DNA of 64,000 bases from Bacteriovoracaceae bacterium (GCA_048270185.1 JBLWTJ010000005.1:12136-76135), one strand, 5' to 3'; shown: positions 46,925 through 57,039, numbered from the stretch's first letter. Translations and numbers: made by a program. The notes: generated from the letters alone by a model not told the origin.

Positions 46925-49756
46925 ATGTCAAAGAAACATGAGCCAGGCATGGCCTATGATATGAAAAAACTGAATAAGGTCTTTGCGATCTTTTCACTAG
47001 TTCTTATGGTTACAGTTGTATGGGTAGCACTTGACGACTATATGAGACCTTGGAAAGCAATTCAAATCGAAGCAATGAAAATCGAAAAAGAAAAGATTGC
47101 TAAAGATATTGCAGCTGAAGAGGCTAAGATTAGTGCAGAAAAACTTGCTGTTTTAGACGAAGAGTTAAAATCTGCAAAAGAATCTGTTGCTCAAAAGAAT
47201 GATGATATCACTAAGCTTAAAGAAGAAATTAACAAGGTTCAAAAAGAGATCAAAAAAGAACAAATTGTTAATGGACGATTAAACGGTGACGTTGCAGCTC
47301 TTGCATTCAACTATGGTGTTGCTCACGCAGAACATGCTTCTAATGCCCATAGCTTATTTGAAAAGCTTCAGGAAAAGAAAAAACTTTTTGCAATTTCAAC
47401 AGACAAGAAGAAAGCCCTTCAGTCAAAAGAGAAATCTCTAAAGTCGAAGCTTGCTGAGTTTAGTCAAGATGTTGAAGCAATTAATAAACAAATCAATGGG
47501 ATCGTTGGACGTTTAAATCTCCTTAAGGGTGCAGAAAAGAGAAAAGAAGTTACTCCTGTTTTCGCTCTAAGAAACTTACCATTTATCGATTTCATGGATC
47601 CAACTGTTAAAGTACAACAAGTTGTTCTAGAAAATATTACTGATGATCGATTCTTCCAACAGGTTCCTAAAGTTGACCGTTGTATGACTTGTCACACTTT
47701 CATCGATAAACCTGGATTTGAAAATCAACCAAACCCACATAAGACTCACCCTAATTTAGACCTTATGGTTGGAATGAATGGTAAGCACCCAATGAAGAAC
47801 TTTGGTTGTACTTCATGTCACGGTGGTGAAGGGCACAGAGTAAACGACTTTAATGCTGCAGCTCACATGCCGGCAACTGAAGAACAAAAACAAGAGTGGA
47901 TTGCAAAGTACAACTGGCACGAGCCACACAAGGTACCTATCGTACAACTTAGACGTGGTGACTATGAAGCAGGTTGTGTTAAGTGTCACACAGGTGTTCA
48001 ATACATTCCAGAAGCGACTACTTTAAACAAGGGCCGTCGTGATATTGAAAAATTTGGTTGTTATGCTTGTCACAAAATCGAAGGATGGGAAGACAAGAGA
48101 AAACCAGGTCCAAGCTTAGAGAAAATTGCAGCTAAACTTGATAAAGAATTCTTTAAAAATTGGGTATGGGAACCTAAAGCATTTAACAAACATGCGAAAA
48201 TGCCACAGTTCTTCCATAACGATAATAATAGCACTCCAGAAGCTATTACTAAGAATATCGCCGAAGTTAATGCAATGGCCGAAGTTATCTACGCACAGTC
48301 AGAAAGCTATAAGCCATTCATGAAATATACAGGTGGTAACAAAGAGCGTGGTAAGAAGCTTGTTGGTGAAATCGGATGTCTTTCATGTCACGGTGTTAAA
48401 GACTTTGCACTTGAGTCTCAAAAAGTTAACGCTCACAAAGGTCCATATCTAGATGGTATTGGATCAAAAGTAAAAGATGCAAACTGGATGGTGTCATGGC
48501 TTAAGAAACCAAGTCACTTCCAAGAAGATACAATCATGCCATCTTTCAGGCTTACTGATAGAGAAGCAAATGACATTACTGCATACCTAATGGATATGAA
48601 GAATGATCAATTTGAAAAACTTAAGTTTGCTAAAATGGATAAGTCAGCAAGAGATGAAATTCTTGTAACTTACTTCTCAGCATTTGATACTGAAGAAGTT
48701 GCAAAAGCTAAGCTTGCAACAATGAGTGACCATGAAAGAACAATGGAACTTGGTCGTCGCTCGATTGGTAAGTACGGATGTTACTCTTGTCACAATATTA
48801 AAGGATTTGAAGATAGAGCACCAATTGGTCCAGAATTATCAAAAATCGGATCTAAGCCTCTTACTCAATTTGGTTTCTCTCATGAGAAAGTTGAGCACTC
48901 AAGAGAAGCTTGGATCAAGGCTCATCTTCTAAACCCAAGAAGATGGGATAATGGAGTTGATAAGCCATTTAAAGACTTATTAAGAATGCCACAGTTCCAT
49001 ATGTCGGAACAAGAAGCATCTGATATTACAACAGCTCTTATTGGACAAGTTGATCAGAAGATTCCTTTAAAAGGTATTAAGAGATTTAGTCCAAGTGAAG
49101 CAGTTGCTGCTGAAGGTATGAAAGTAGCAGTAAAGTATAACTGTATTGGTTGTCACCAGATCGACGGTCAATTTGGTGATATGCTTGCAATCTACGATGA
49201 TGTTAACGAAGCTCCTCCTCGTCTAGTTGAACAAGGACACCGTGTACAAGCGGATTGGTTCCACTACTTCCTAGGTGATGTATATGAGATTCGCCCATGG
49301 CTTAAGCTAAGAATGCCAACATTCAATCTTTCTAAAGAAGAGAAAGAGAAACTTGTTGATATGTTCCGTGTGAAAGCTGATCAGCCTATCTTTGATGAAA
49401 ATGAGAAAGTTGTATGGGAAAGCAAAGAAGAAAGACAAGCCGCGGTTAAATTATTTAATGACCTAGCTTGTACTTCATGTCACACGACAGGATTTAATAG
49501 TGATCCAGCTCTTGCTCCAGATCTTCATTTTGCGAAGAAAAGACTAAGAAAGAGTTGGATTAAGAAGTGGCTTGAAGGTCCAGATAAAATTATGCCTGGA
49601 ACAACAATGCCATCATTCTGGCCTGAAGGTGAAGCAGCAGATCCTGATCTACTTGGTGGAGACGCTAAGAGACAAATCGAAGCTGTTACTAAATATGTAC
49701 TTGAGTTAGGAAGTGATTTTTACTCACCAAAAGCTAAGAAAGCTGGGAAGAATTAG
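46925..49756 (+). CDS. Membrane-anchored 8-heme cytochrome c with coiled-coil stalk
   Basis: Eight CxxCH: CMTCH, CTSCH, CVKCH, CYACH, CLSCH, CYSCH, CIGCH, CTSCH; repeated GPxL..W..P..MP class I modules. Confidence 0.92.
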   Translation: MSKKHEPGMAYDMKKLNKVFAIFSLVLMVTVVWVALDDYMRPWKAIQIEAMKIEKEKIAKDIAAEEAKISAEKLAVLDEELKSAKESVAQKNDDITKLKEEINKVQKEIKKEQIVNGRLNGDVAALAFNYGVAHAEHASNAHSLFEKLQEKKKLFAISTDKKKALQSKEKSLKSKLAEFSQDVEAINKQINGIVGRLNLLKGAEKRKEVTPVFALRNLPFIDFMDPTVKVQQVVLENITDDRFFQQVPKVDRCMTCHTFIDKPGFENQPNPHKTHPNLDLMVGMNGKHPMKNFGCTSCHGGEGHRVNDFNAAAHMPATEEQKQEWIAKYNWHEPHKVPIVQLRRGDYEAGCVKCHTGVQYIPEATTLNKGRRDIEKFGCYACHKIEGWEDKRKPGPSLEKIAAKLDKEFFKNWVWEPKAFNKHAKMPQFFHNDNNSTPEAITKNIAEVNAMAEVIYAQSESYKPFMKYTGGNKERGKKLVGEIGCLSCHGVKDFALESQKVNAHKGPYLDGIGSKVKDANWMVSWLKKPSHFQEDTIMPSFRLTDREANDITAYLMDMKNDQFEKLKFAKMDKSARDEILVTYFSAFDTEEVAKAKLATMSDHERTMELGRRSIGKYGCYSCHNIKGFEDRAPIGPELSKIGSKPLTQFGFSHEKVEHSREAWIKAHLLNPRRWDNGVDKPFKDLLRMPQFHMSEQEASDITTALIGQVDQKIPLKGIKRFSPSEAVAAEGMKVAVKYNCIGCHQIDGQFGDMLAIYDDVNEAPPRLVEQGHRVQADWFHYFLGDVYEIRPWLKLRMPTFNLSKEEKEKLVDMFRVKADQPIFDENEKVVWESKEERQAAVKLFNDLACTSCHTTGFNSDPALAPDLHFAKKRLRKSWIKKWLEGPDKIMPGTTMPSFWPEGEAADPDLLGGDAKRQIEAVTKYVLELGSDFYSPKAKKAGKN

Positions 49757-49765
49757 GAGAGATAA

Positions 49766-50404
49766 ATGGCAGGACATGCTAATACAAAAGATTTAGTTCA
49801 TGATGGTGTAATTAGTTATCCAAACGATCCACAATTTGGGCATGCGAGTCCAAATAAGATCGGTATGTGGCTATTCCTTGGAACTGACGCCATGTCATTT
49901 TCGGGACTTCTAATTGCTTATGCTGTTCTTCGCGCAACTAAGCACTGGCCAGTTCCAGTTGAAGCGCTAGGTGGTGTTTTCCTTTCAGGGATTATGACAT
50001 TTATCCTTATCTGTTCATCTGTTTCAATGGTTATGGCAATTGATGCAGTAAAGATGAGACAACCAAAGGCAATCAGAGGTTGGCTACTTGCTACAATTAT
50101 TGGTGGTGTAATCTTCCTTGGTATTCAAGCTTATGAGTACACACATCTAATGACAGACATGGGAATGACATTCTCAAATTATGAGCATGGAAATAATCTA
50201 TTCTCAGCAACTTTTTATGCAATTACTGGATTCCACGGACTACACGTTCTCTCAGGTGTAATCTTCCTTATTTATATGTACGTTCTTGCACTAAAGGGAC
50301 GTTTTGATAAAGGTGATTATGGTTTACTTGAAGTTTGTGGTCTTTTCTGGCACTTTGTTGACCTTGTCTGGATTCTAGTTTTTACATTTATTTATCTAAT
50401 TTAA
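49766..50404 (+). CDS. Cytochrome c oxidase subunit III-like protein (copy 1)
   Basis: GMWLFLGTD, FYAITGFHGLHV, GLFWHFVDLVW. Confidence 0.9.
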   Translation: MAGHANTKDLVHDGVISYPNDPQFGHASPNKIGMWLFLGTDAMSFSGLLIAYAVLRATKHWPVPVEALGGVFLSGIMTFILICSSVSMVMAIDAVKMRQPKAIRGWLLATIIGGVIFLGIQAYEYTHLMTDMGMTFSNYEHGNNLFSATFYAITGFHGLHVLSGVIFLIYMYVLALKGRFDKGDYGLLEVCGLFWHFVDLVWILVFTFIYLI

Positions 50405-50426
50405 AATCTGAATATATTTCACGTTT

Positions 50427-50452
50427 AAAGGCTCCCGATGGGAGCCTTTTTC
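50427..50452 (+). terminator. Rho-independent terminator
   Basis: AAAGGCTCC-CGATG-GGAGCCTTTTT. Confidence 0.88.
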
Positions 50453-50506
50453 ATTTGTGGCCAAATCATTAGACGAAATGTAGCGAAAAGAGTATAAGAA
50501 AATTAT

Positions 50507-50743
50507 ATGAAAAGCTTTTTACTTCCTATTGGTATCCTGATTCTTGTTCTATTTTCAGACTATGTCTTCGCATGTCCTGGTTGTGCTGGTTCAATGGATA
50601 ACCCAAAAGATGGACGATTAGTTTGGATTCTCGTGACTTTTATCGGTCTGATTTATATTCCATTTTTCATTCTTTATAAGACAATTTATAAGCACAGAAA
50701 GAGTGTTGCTGCCTTAGAAGACGTGGATAATGAAGAAAAATAA
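50507..50743 (+). CDS. Small membrane protein with CPGC motif
   Basis: Signal-like N-terminus, VFA|CPGC, one TM, charged tail. Confidence 0.7.
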   Translation: MKSFLLPIGILILVLFSDYVFACPGCAGSMDNPKDGRLVWILVTFIGLIYIPFFILYKTIYKHRKSVAALEDVDNEEK

Positions 50744-51263
50744 TACCAACTTTATCTATACTCTCTTATTTATTCTAAGTGGCTTCATTGCTCTTTTCTT
50801 ATTTTGGTTCATTTATTTTAAACCAGAGGCGGCCGTAAGACTGTGGTGGGTAGACTATCTTCCATTTGTGAACGCTATCCTCAATTCTATTTCTGCCACA
50901 CTACTTTGTGTCGGTTACTACTTTGTAAAAAAGAAGAAAATCAGTCTGCATATAAAATCAATGTCTGGTGCAACTGTAACTTCAGCACTATTCCTTGTTT
51001 CATATCTTCTCTATCATCACTATCATGGTGACACGAAGTTTATTGCTCAAGGGTTTGTTCGTCCGATTTACTTTGGAATACTCATTACTCATATTATTCT
51101 AAGTGTGGTGATGTTACCGATGATTCTAATTACTTTATGGAATGCTCTTACTAGTAATTTTGAAAGTCATAGGAAATGGGCAAAGTGGACTTTACCCATT
51201 TGGCTCTATGTCTCTGTGACAGGTGTCTTAATTTTTATCTTTTTAAAATATCTTAATTTTTAG
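50730..51263 (+). CDS. DUF420 (YozB/CtaM-like) oxidase assembly membrane protein
   Basis: LPFVNAILN, FLVSYLLYH, ILITHIILS, HRKWAKWTLPIWLYVSVTG. Confidence 0.88.
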   Translation: MKKNNTNFIYTLLFILSGFIALFLFWFIYFKPEAAVRLWWVDYLPFVNAILNSISATLLCVGYYFVKKKKISLHIKSMSGATVTSALFLVSYLLYHHYHGDTKFIAQGFVRPIYFGILITHIILSVVMLPMILITLWNALTSNFESHRKWAKWTLPIWLYVSVTGVLIFIFLKYLNF

Positions 51264-52035
51264 ACTCTTTTTTGGCTTTCTTTCTCTCTTCAGCATCAAG
51301 TCTTGCTTTTGGAAGAACTGCTTCGTGAGGAGAAACAACTACTTTTTCACCAATAATAACATCTCCCATAATTGAAGCCTTAAGTCCTACCGTTGCTCCT
51401 CTTTTGATGATAGTTGGAGCAATAACAAGAAATCCACCTTGGGCATAATGGGCAAAGATAGTCGCAGATCCCCCAATTGTTACATAGTCTTCAAGTGTAA
51501 TTAAGCATGGGTCTGAGATATTTGTTGTATTGATGACACAATTCTTTCCAATTTTCATTCCCATCATACGGTAGAAAAGTGTAATGATTGGTGTCGCCTG
51601 AAAAAAGTCTAAGACTGTATAGCGCACAAGCTGAGTCATGGCATTGTGATAGTACCAAGGAAGAGTTTCAAGTGAAATCCAACTTCCTTTGAATGGCTTC
51701 ATTTTAATTGGATAGAGCCAGTTAAAAAACGGTACAATGAATATTAATGTTAGAGCATAGGCTGCATAAGACATGACAAAGGCAAATGACATCGCAAATG
51801 CCTGTAGAACAAAGTGAGAATCTGTCGTTGCTGCATAGGTCTTTGTTAAAAAGATATAACCAGGAGTTAAACCAATTGTTATACAGATAATATAAGTAAT
51901 TATCGGTGGCACCATGGCCGCGACATATCCAATTAATTGATACTTTCTAAAAATATTTTCAAATACTTTTGCTAGCCCTTTCTTATTTGAGCTAACAGCG
52001 TTTAGTTCTTCTTGAGTTTGCTTCTTCTTTTCCAT
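51253..52035 (-). CDS. Membrane-anchored hexapeptide-repeat acyltransferase-like protein
   Basis: N-terminal TMs, FYRMMGMKIGKN, LITLEDYVTIGG..H left-handed beta-helix repeats. Confidence 0.75.
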   Translation of the reverse strand: MEKKKQTQEELNAVSSNKKGLAKVFENIFRKYQLIGYVAAMVPPIITYIICITIGLTPGYIFLTKTYAATTDSHFVLQAFAMSFAFVMSYAAYALTLIFIVPFFNWLYPIKMKPFKGSWISLETLPWYYHNAMTQLVRYTVLDFFQATPIITLFYRMMGMKIGKNCVINTTNISDPCLITLEDYVTIGGSATIFAHYAQGGFLVIAPTIIKRGATVGLKASIMGDVIIGEKVVVSPHEAVLPKARLDAEERKKAKKESKN

Positions 52036-52042
52036 ACTCTCT

Positions 52043-53167
52043 CTAATCCATATTCTTAATAATATTAATTAAATCCATTATATCACCATTATCTTGATAA
52101 ATGCTAAAGCCAAATCGCAGGATATTTCTTCTATAATCAACTTTAACATTATTCTTATCTAGTTCTTTTGAATAAGCTTCACAAGCTTCAGGTGTTTCAA
52201 ACTCAAAGGCAATAAAGTGACCACGGTCTTCACAATCTACAACTTTCTTAATTAATGCATTATCTTTAATTCCTTCTAGAAATAGCTTTTGATTGCAATT
52301 AACATGAGCGTGAATGGCCTCTACTGTAATGCGTTCATTTTCCCATAGGTTTAAAACAGCATTCATACGATAAAGAGCAGAGTAATCCATTGTTGAACCA
52401 GCAAAGCGAAATCCATCGTCGCTAAATGGAACACCTTTTCCACTAAAATTTGTTAAGTTCCCCATCTGAGCAAACCAGCCGGTATTCTTAGGAGTTAAAG
52501 TTGTTTCTTTAGGTGAGACAAGAAAGCACGATCCTTCTCCTGAACCACAATACTTATAGCCGCCGGCCATGTAGAAAATACGGTTTTCTACTTCACTCAA
52601 GTCCGTTGGGATTGCCATGAAACCATGGTAGGCATCAATGACAATTGTCGCATCTGTTTTTAAACTTTTTACAAATGAAGTTAGATCAGAAATTGCAAAG
52701 CCTGAATTAAAGAAGACTTGGCTAATAAAAATAAGATCATACTGATTCGTATTTGCTTCAGTAATAAAGTCTTCATTAAACTGGATTTTGTTAACTTTAA
52801 AAACACCAGCTTCAGATAAACGATTAACCTGACGATCAAATGAGTAGAATTCACTATCTGTTGTTAATATTTTAGCGCCTTTATCAAAGCATGAGAGTAG
52901 GCGATAAGTTAACTCATGGGTATTGGGAGCAAAGGTGATTTGCTCAGGATTTGATAGATTTAAAATCTTTGAAATATTTTTTTGCAAGTTAGGATATGTC
53001 GTTTCAAAGAAGTAGCTCCACTTATCATCAACATACTTGGCAGAATCAAGCCAGTATTGTTGTTGAGCTTCTTTGGTTACATCTGGCCAATAGTGATGTG
53101 AGTGAGCTGCAAAGTGTAACTTACCTTTGTTTGCCGTCAAAAACTCGTGGAAGTACTTCTTATACAT
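52043..53167 (-). CDS. Class V PLP enzyme, kynureninase-like
   Basis: HFAAHSHH, SQVFFNSG, IDAYH, AGGYKY PLP lysine, TGWFA; directly downstream of TDO. Confidence 0.75.
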   Translation of the reverse strand: MYKKYFHEFLTANKGKLHFAAHSHHYWPDVTKEAQQQYWLDSAKYVDDKWSYFFETTYPNLQKNISKILNLSNPEQITFAPNTHELTYRLLSCFDKGAKILTTDSEFYSFDRQVNRLSEAGVFKVNKIQFNEDFITEANTNQYDLIFISQVFFNSGFAISDLTSFVKSLKTDATIVIDAYHGFMAIPTDLSEVENRIFYMAGGYKYCGSGEGSCFLVSPKETTLTPKNTGWFAQMGNLTNFSGKGVPFSDDGFRFAGSTMDYSALYRMNAVLNLWENERITVEAIHAHVNCNQKLFLEGIKDNALIKKVVDCEDRGHFIAFEFETPEACEAYSKELDKNNVKVDYRRNILRFGFSIYQDNGDIMDLINIIKNMD

Positions 53168-53168
53168 A

Positions 53169-54263
53169 TTAATCCTTATAGTTAAAACTCATTTCATTCT
53201 TTAAAGACTCGGGCAGATTAGGTCTTTGAGATCTCGGAATAATAAAAGTTGAAAGATTAAATAAATCAATAAATGAACGATTATTATCGGCTGCATCTTT
53301 CAAGTATTGATGCCCTGAAGATCCACCTGTTCCAATCTTAGTTCCAAGCATTCGGTGTGCCATGAGGGCATGCTTATAGCGCCAAGTTGTAAAATTCTCA
53401 TCGATATCCATCAGGTGAGAAAGAATTGTATAAGGAAGTGTAAGGATTGGCTCATCTCTATAGAGAAGTACAAAGAGGGCATTTAAAATTGCTTTTTGCG
53501 AAAAGCGTCTTTTTCCTTCTTTTAAAAGTATATTATACTCCTTTTCATTAAAGAGCGTTTCAAAAGTATCACGTGTGCTTTGAAGATTCGCTTTTTGAAT
53601 TTCAACGGCCTTTGGTGGAAGAGTTGCCATATTATCAAGAATGGTAATTTCATCTCCACAAAGCATGTCTTCAACACATGATTGGTATTCAGTCCAAAAA
53701 TCAAAGTCTTTTTTCAGAGTGAATGGCATTCTCTCAAGCCACTTTTCAAGTGCAGAAAATAAAGTTGATTCTTTCTCAATCGCAAGAAGTCTCTTCTTGT
53801 CCTCATCATTCAATCTTCCGAGGAAGTATTCGCGGTCCACTTCCTTTCTTTGATTAGTCGAAAGCCCTAGTAGAATTTCAATTTCTCTAAATTGAACACT
53901 CTGAAATCCTGAAGCAGGAACAAGAAGATCTCTAAATTCAAGAAAGTCCATTGGAGTCATTGTCTCCATTACTTCTAGTTGCCCAAGAAGTAGAGATTGA
54001 ATCTTTTTAATTCTCTCAAGCCTTGAGCTAACTGTTGAAAGTAGGGACTCTTCCACTTTATCTTGAGCGAAAATAGTTTTTATAGAATGTAATTCATGGA
54101 GAATTTGTTTGAACCATAATTCATATACTTGATGCACTAGAATAAACAAAGTTTCATCATGTGCTTCATCTCCATATTTTTTTGAAAGAGGATTTTGTGT
54201 ATCCAATAACTTATTTAATTCTAAGTAATCACCATAATAGACAGGTCCGTGATTTTTGTGCAT
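53169..54263 (-). CDS. kynA: Tryptophan 2,3-dioxygenase (long form)
   Basis: YGDYL, HDETLFILVHQVYELWFKQ, PASGFQSVQFR, WRYKHALM, GTKIGTGGSSG. Confidence 0.95.
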   Translation of the reverse strand: MHKNHGPVYYGDYLELNKLLDTQNPLSKKYGDEAHDETLFILVHQVYELWFKQILHELHSIKTIFAQDKVEESLLSTVSSRLERIKKIQSLLLGQLEVMETMTPMDFLEFRDLLVPASGFQSVQFREIEILLGLSTNQRKEVDREYFLGRLNDEDKKRLLAIEKESTLFSALEKWLERMPFTLKKDFDFWTEYQSCVEDMLCGDEITILDNMATLPPKAVEIQKANLQSTRDTFETLFNEKEYNILLKEGKRRFSQKAILNALFVLLYRDEPILTLPYTILSHLMDIDENFTTWRYKHALMAHRMLGTKIGTGGSSGHQYLKDAADNNRSFIDLFNLSTFIIPRSQRPNLPESLKNEMSFNYKD

Positions 54264-54320
54264 ATTGACTCCTATATATTGATAAATTCTAGCCCATCAC
54301 AATGAAATTGGAAATTATTC

Positions 54321-55286
54321 ATGGCAGCTGATATTGAGTTAAAAAAGTTGAGATTTAAGAAGTTTTTGCCAGTAGTCATAATTACGATATTTACCCTTGT
54401 TCTTATCGGAGGAATGGTAAGAAGTACTGGTGCAGGGATGGGGTGTCCCGATTGGCCAACTTGCTTTGGTAAAATTATTCCACCAACTAGTGTTGATCAG
54501 CTACCTTCAGATTATCAAACACGCTTTGCACGTCCCGGTCGAATTGTTGCGGAATTCAATGCTATTCACACTTGGACTGAGTATTTTAACCGTATGGCCG
54601 GAGTTTGGACAGGTATCGCCTCAATTATTCTCTTTGTTTTCTCTTTCGCTTATAAGAATGAAAATAAGAAAGTAGTCTACTTAAGTGGATTAGCACTATT
54701 CTTTGTTGTCTTAAACGGTGGAGTAGGCGCCATTGTAGTAAGAAGCCACCTGCATCCAGGTGTTATTACGATCCATATGCTTCTAACGATTTTCTTAACA
54801 TTTGCTTTAGCACATTTAAAGTACGAAGTGACTCCTATAGAAGTGAATCGCAAATACAATATTGATAAATTCAAAGAGTATCTATGGATCCTTGTAGGAC
54901 TTATTATTATTCAAATTATTATGGGGACACAGGTTAGAGAGCAGATTGATGCAATTACAAACTCTGATCCTCATCTCGCTCGTACAAATTGGCTAGATCG
55001 ACTTGATATGATTTTCTATATTCATCGATCTTTTTCAATCTTGATTCTTTTAGGCTTTTCATACACTTTAAGAAGAATAATGGCAGAATTTAGTGATCAC
55101 CCATTTATACAAGGTAAGTGTGTTTCTATTATGCTGTCTTTAATTGGTGTTATTACTGCTGGTGTTGTACTCGCATACCTTGCATTTCCGGCAGTTGCAC
55201 AACCAGTTCACCTATTATTTGCAATTTTATTGGCTTATTATATTTACGAGTTATTATTAATTTTACGTCGAGTAACAAGAGGATAG
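54321..55286 (+). CDS. ctaA: Heme A synthase (COX15/CtaA)
   Basis: GGMVRSTGAGMGCPDWPTC, EYFNR, TIHM, YIHRS, PVHL. Confidence 0.88.
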   Translation: MAADIELKKLRFKKFLPVVIITIFTLVLIGGMVRSTGAGMGCPDWPTCFGKIIPPTSVDQLPSDYQTRFARPGRIVAEFNAIHTWTEYFNRMAGVWTGIASIILFVFSFAYKNENKKVVYLSGLALFFVVLNGGVGAIVVRSHLHPGVITIHMLLTIFLTFALAHLKYEVTPIEVNRKYNIDKFKEYLWILVGLIIIQIIMGTQVREQIDAITNSDPHLARTNWLDRLDMIFYIHRSFSILILLGFSYTLRRIMAEFSDHPFIQGKCVSIMLSLIGVITAGVVLAYLAFPAVAQPVHLLFAILLAYYIYELLLILRRVTRG

Positions 55287-55287
55287 T

Positions 55288-57039
55288 GTGTATCGTAGCC
55301 TAGCCTTTATCAACATTCTTCTAACTCTTGGACTAATCATTATAGGTGGATTAGTGAGTGCTGACTTTTCAGGTTTAGAATGTACTTCATGGCCTATTTG
55401 CTACGCTAAAACAGTGGATCAAAATTCTCTTTATCCAATTCTTCACCGATTATTTGCTGGGATTATATTAGTACTTAATACGTTCTTATTTATTAAGAAC
55501 CCTAAGGAGAGGGCCGTAAGAGTAGGGCTACTTCTTTTAATTCTTCAATCTCTTTTAGGAGCGATTAACTTCATTTATAAGCTTCCTACACTGGTAAGTG
55601 TTTTTCACCTTATGCTTAGTTTTGCTTATATTGCAGTCTTTGCTCAATACTTTATTCCTGAAATAAAAAAAGAAGACTTTGATCTTACAAGGTACTCAAA
55701 GAGTGCAAAAGATATTATCTTTTTAATGCTTCTTATTGCACTACTACAGTTCTTCTTTGGTGGGATTATTCATCAAACAGCGACTAAAGATGTGTGTGGT
55801 ATAGGGGAGAATGTAAATCTCTTGTGTCAGACAGCTAATGGCCTGAGCTTTTGGCCAACAAAGGTTGCGGCAAAAATTCATTCTCTTCATAAGTACCTAG
55901 GAGTAATCTTTTTATTTCTAATGCTTGGGTACTTATTTTTATCTCGAAAAGCTGTGACATTTCTCTATGGAAAGTCACTAAGGCAATTTATTACTCTAAG
56001 TTCAAGCTTAGTTATTCTCTTTATCATTCATTTATTTAATGCCAAGAGATTATTTCTTTTAACGAATACAACTTACTTCCAAGTCTTACACCTCGTTCTT
56101 GCTGTTTTAATTACTTTAAATCTTATTTTTCTTTTTCAATGGTTTAAGAAATTCGAAATAGTACAGTTAGGTAATTATCAACATACATTGGCAAGTGACT
56201 TATTAAGCTTAACAAAGCCTCGCTTAGGTCTACTTGTTATTTCTACGATTGTTTCTGGGATTCTTTTAACAGGACAATATATTGATTTCTTCTATCTTAT
56301 TAATGCCCTTATTTTTTCAATTTTAATTGTTATGTCTGCAACAACAATTAATTGCTATATGGAAATCGAAGTTGATTCGAATATGGTAAGAACAAAAGAC
56401 CGTGCGTTACCTGCTGGAAGAATTAAGCCAATTTATGCTCTTGTTCAAGGTTGGTTACTATTCTTGCTTGGATTCTTCCTTACTTATTTCTATGTGAATG
56501 CAGCGACGGCTTTACTGGGTGCGTTAGCATTCTTTTCATATCTTTATGTTTACACCCCGATGAAAAGAACTAGTCCTGCTGCGTTATTTGTTGGGGCACT
56601 ACCTGGTGCAATTCCTCCTGTAATGGGCCGCACAATTGTGACTGGTGAAATTGATGGTCTAGCAATTTTATTGTTTGGAATACTTTTCATTTGGCAGATC
56701 CCACACTTCATGGCGATCTCCATTTACCATAAAGATGACTACGCCGAAGGAGATATTAAGGTCTATCCACACTTCTACTCTGTTGCGAAGATGAAGATCT
56801 GTATTGCCGTTTGGACATTGTTGCTGTTTTTGTTTAGTTCTAGTGGTTACTTCTTTGACCTCAATTCTAAGAACTTTTTCATTGCCTCGCTGGTAGTAAA
56901 TGGCCTCTTTTTTGTGCAAAGCTTGCAAAGTTTTTTTATTCACGAGGAAGAAAGTTACATTTTATGGGCCCGACAATATTTTTGGGGATCAATAATCTAT
57001 TTGCCTCTCTTGCTCTCTTTGATGATTTTCCTTAGCTAA
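55288..57039 (+). CDS. ctaB: Fusion of a CtaA-like domain and protoheme IX farnesyltransferase (CtaB)
   Basis: N-half CTSWPIC, ILHR, FHL, LHK, LHL; C-half LTKPR, D.NMVRTKDRALPAG, YTPMKR, WQIPHF, DDY. Confidence 0.88.
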   Translation: MYRSLAFINILLTLGLIIIGGLVSADFSGLECTSWPICYAKTVDQNSLYPILHRLFAGIILVLNTFLFIKNPKERAVRVGLLLLILQSLLGAINFIYKLPTLVSVFHLMLSFAYIAVFAQYFIPEIKKEDFDLTRYSKSAKDIIFLMLLIALLQFFFGGIIHQTATKDVCGIGENVNLLCQTANGLSFWPTKVAAKIHSLHKYLGVIFLFLMLGYLFLSRKAVTFLYGKSLRQFITLSSSLVILFIIHLFNAKRLFLLTNTTYFQVLHLVLAVLITLNLIFLFQWFKKFEIVQLGNYQHTLASDLLSLTKPRLGLLVISTIVSGILLTGQYIDFFYLINALIFSILIVMSATTINCYMEIEVDSNMVRTKDRALPAGRIKPIYALVQGWLLFLLGFFLTYFYVNAATALLGALAFFSYLYVYTPMKRTSPAALFVGALPGAIPPVMGRTIVTGEIDGLAILLFGILFIWQIPHFMAISIYHKDDYAEGDIKVYPHFYSVAKMKICIAVWTLLLFLFSSSGYFFDLNSKNFFIASLVVNGLFFVQSLQSFFIHEEESYILWARQYFWGSIIYLPLLLSLMIFLS

